This document shows, piece after piece, positions 5,290-5,676 of a stretch of 5,676 nt of DNA. The stretch covers positions 1-5,676 of the forward strand of contig JAHQXC010000076.1 in the NCBI GenBank assembly GCA_029856525.1. The letters are read 5' to 3'. Origin of the DNA: Candidatus Odinarchaeia archaeon (GTDB lineage: Archaea; Asgardarchaeota; Odinarchaeia; Odinarchaeales; Odinarchaeaceae). The notes beneath the pieces were generated by a model that was given only the letters and a program-made list of their open reading frames with translations, made no database searches and had not been told where the DNA came from. The translations under genes were made by a program, and so were the position numbers. How positions within the stretch are numbered: position 1 is the stretch's first letter; each line of letters starts with the position of its first letter.

Positions 5290-5364
5290 AAAGAAAGAAT
5301 AAACAAGCGTCATCAAAATACTACTCTTGTAGAAACAGAGAAACTTCATTCATCGACGAGTAGG

Positions 5365-5676
5365 TCAAGTAATAGTTTTCGACGCGATTAAAAAATAATG
5401 ATATGGGTATACATCATAGTTTTTTACTTTGAAAGCATATCTGATAAGTGTTTTTTCAACTTCTCCCATACTTATTCTATCTTCTACGGGAGGCCCTAGC
5501 GGTGTATCATCCTTTTTCCAGTCTATGATAACTAGTATACTCGTGTTTTCAGCAGCCCATTTAATATATTCTTCGAAATCGTTTAGTTCATGTAGAACAT
5601 TCGAGAATAATATTAAGTTTAAGCTTTCACCTATGTGAGGCGGTTTATCAGTGTGAATAAACACTATGTTCTGGAT
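5365..5676 (-). CDS. Class I SAM-dependent methyltransferase, C-terminal part (5' end lies outside the window)
   Basis: The frame is open from the window edge (IQNIVFIHTD...). LNLILFSNVLHEL matches the D-x-(I/V)-x-x-x-x-V-L-H-E strand/helix, and LVIIDWKKDDTPLGPPVEDRIS matches the DW...GPP...R motif of small Methyltransf_11/31-like enzymes. The SAM-binding GxGxG motif is not in view. The track's start at 5664 is an internal GTG. Confidence 0.8.
   Translation of the reverse strand: MQNIVFIHTDKPPHIGESLNLILFSNVLHELNDFEEYIKWAAENTSILVIIDWKKDDTPLGPPVEDRISMGEVEKTLIRYAFKVKNYDVYPYHYFLIASKTIT

Noticed and set aside
5321-5363. CTACTC/GAGTAG stem next to the methyltransferase stop
   Set aside because: Only 6 bp with a 31-nt poorly paired interior; compatible with chance.
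5042-5364. RNase P RNA, SRP RNA, 5S rRNA or tRNA in the 323-bp intergenic region
   Set aside because: No GAGGAAAGUCC-type P4, SRP helix-8 motif, 5S consensus or cloverleaf/T-loop on either strand, and only ~45 nt are GC-rich.
606-5626. AAGCTT occurs 10 times by my count (606, 771, 921, 1308, 2355, 2612, 2928, 3499, 3998, 5134, 5621 gives 11 listed positions on recount), far above the roughly 2 expected from a rough base-composition estimate; GTTAAC is also frequent
   Set aside because: The sites are dispersed, irregularly spaced and mostly inside genes. This is best explained by a genome-wide AGCT/TTAA and codon-pair bias rather than a local element. A genome-wide k-mer count would settle it.
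5429-5638. 69-aa plus-strand ORF
   Set aside because: Antisense shadow of the methyltransferase; Ser/Phe-rich with no motif.

Overview
AT-rich archaeal chromosomal window. Evidence for an archaeon: a TATA-binding protein, an eL33/L35Ae-like domain, GGTGA/GAGGT ribosome-binding sites and TATA-like promoters. A TACK/Asgard-type lineage is plausible but is only my inference. Gene order: 3' end of a probable upstream gene (+); 425-aa long coiled-coil protein with a C-terminal winged helix (+); B12-binding/radical SAM enzyme resembling the tetraether-lipid-modifying Grs/Gms family (+); flavodoxin-like protein (+); TBP (-); a three-part protein made of a tandem HhH domain, a Lys/Pro-rich linker and a divergent eL33 (L35Ae) domain (+); a 323-bp convergent intergenic region with a GC-rich structured element; 3' part of a class I SAM methyltransferase (-, cut by the window edge). 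I see no transposase, CRISPR array, tRNA or rRNA. The most unusual items are the HhH-linker-eL33 fusion divergent from tbp, the Grs/Gms-like enzyme with an altered motif next to a flavodoxin, the orphan coiled-coil/winged-helix protein, and the candidate structured RNA after the eL33 fusion gene. Family assignments come from recalled motifs, not database searches.
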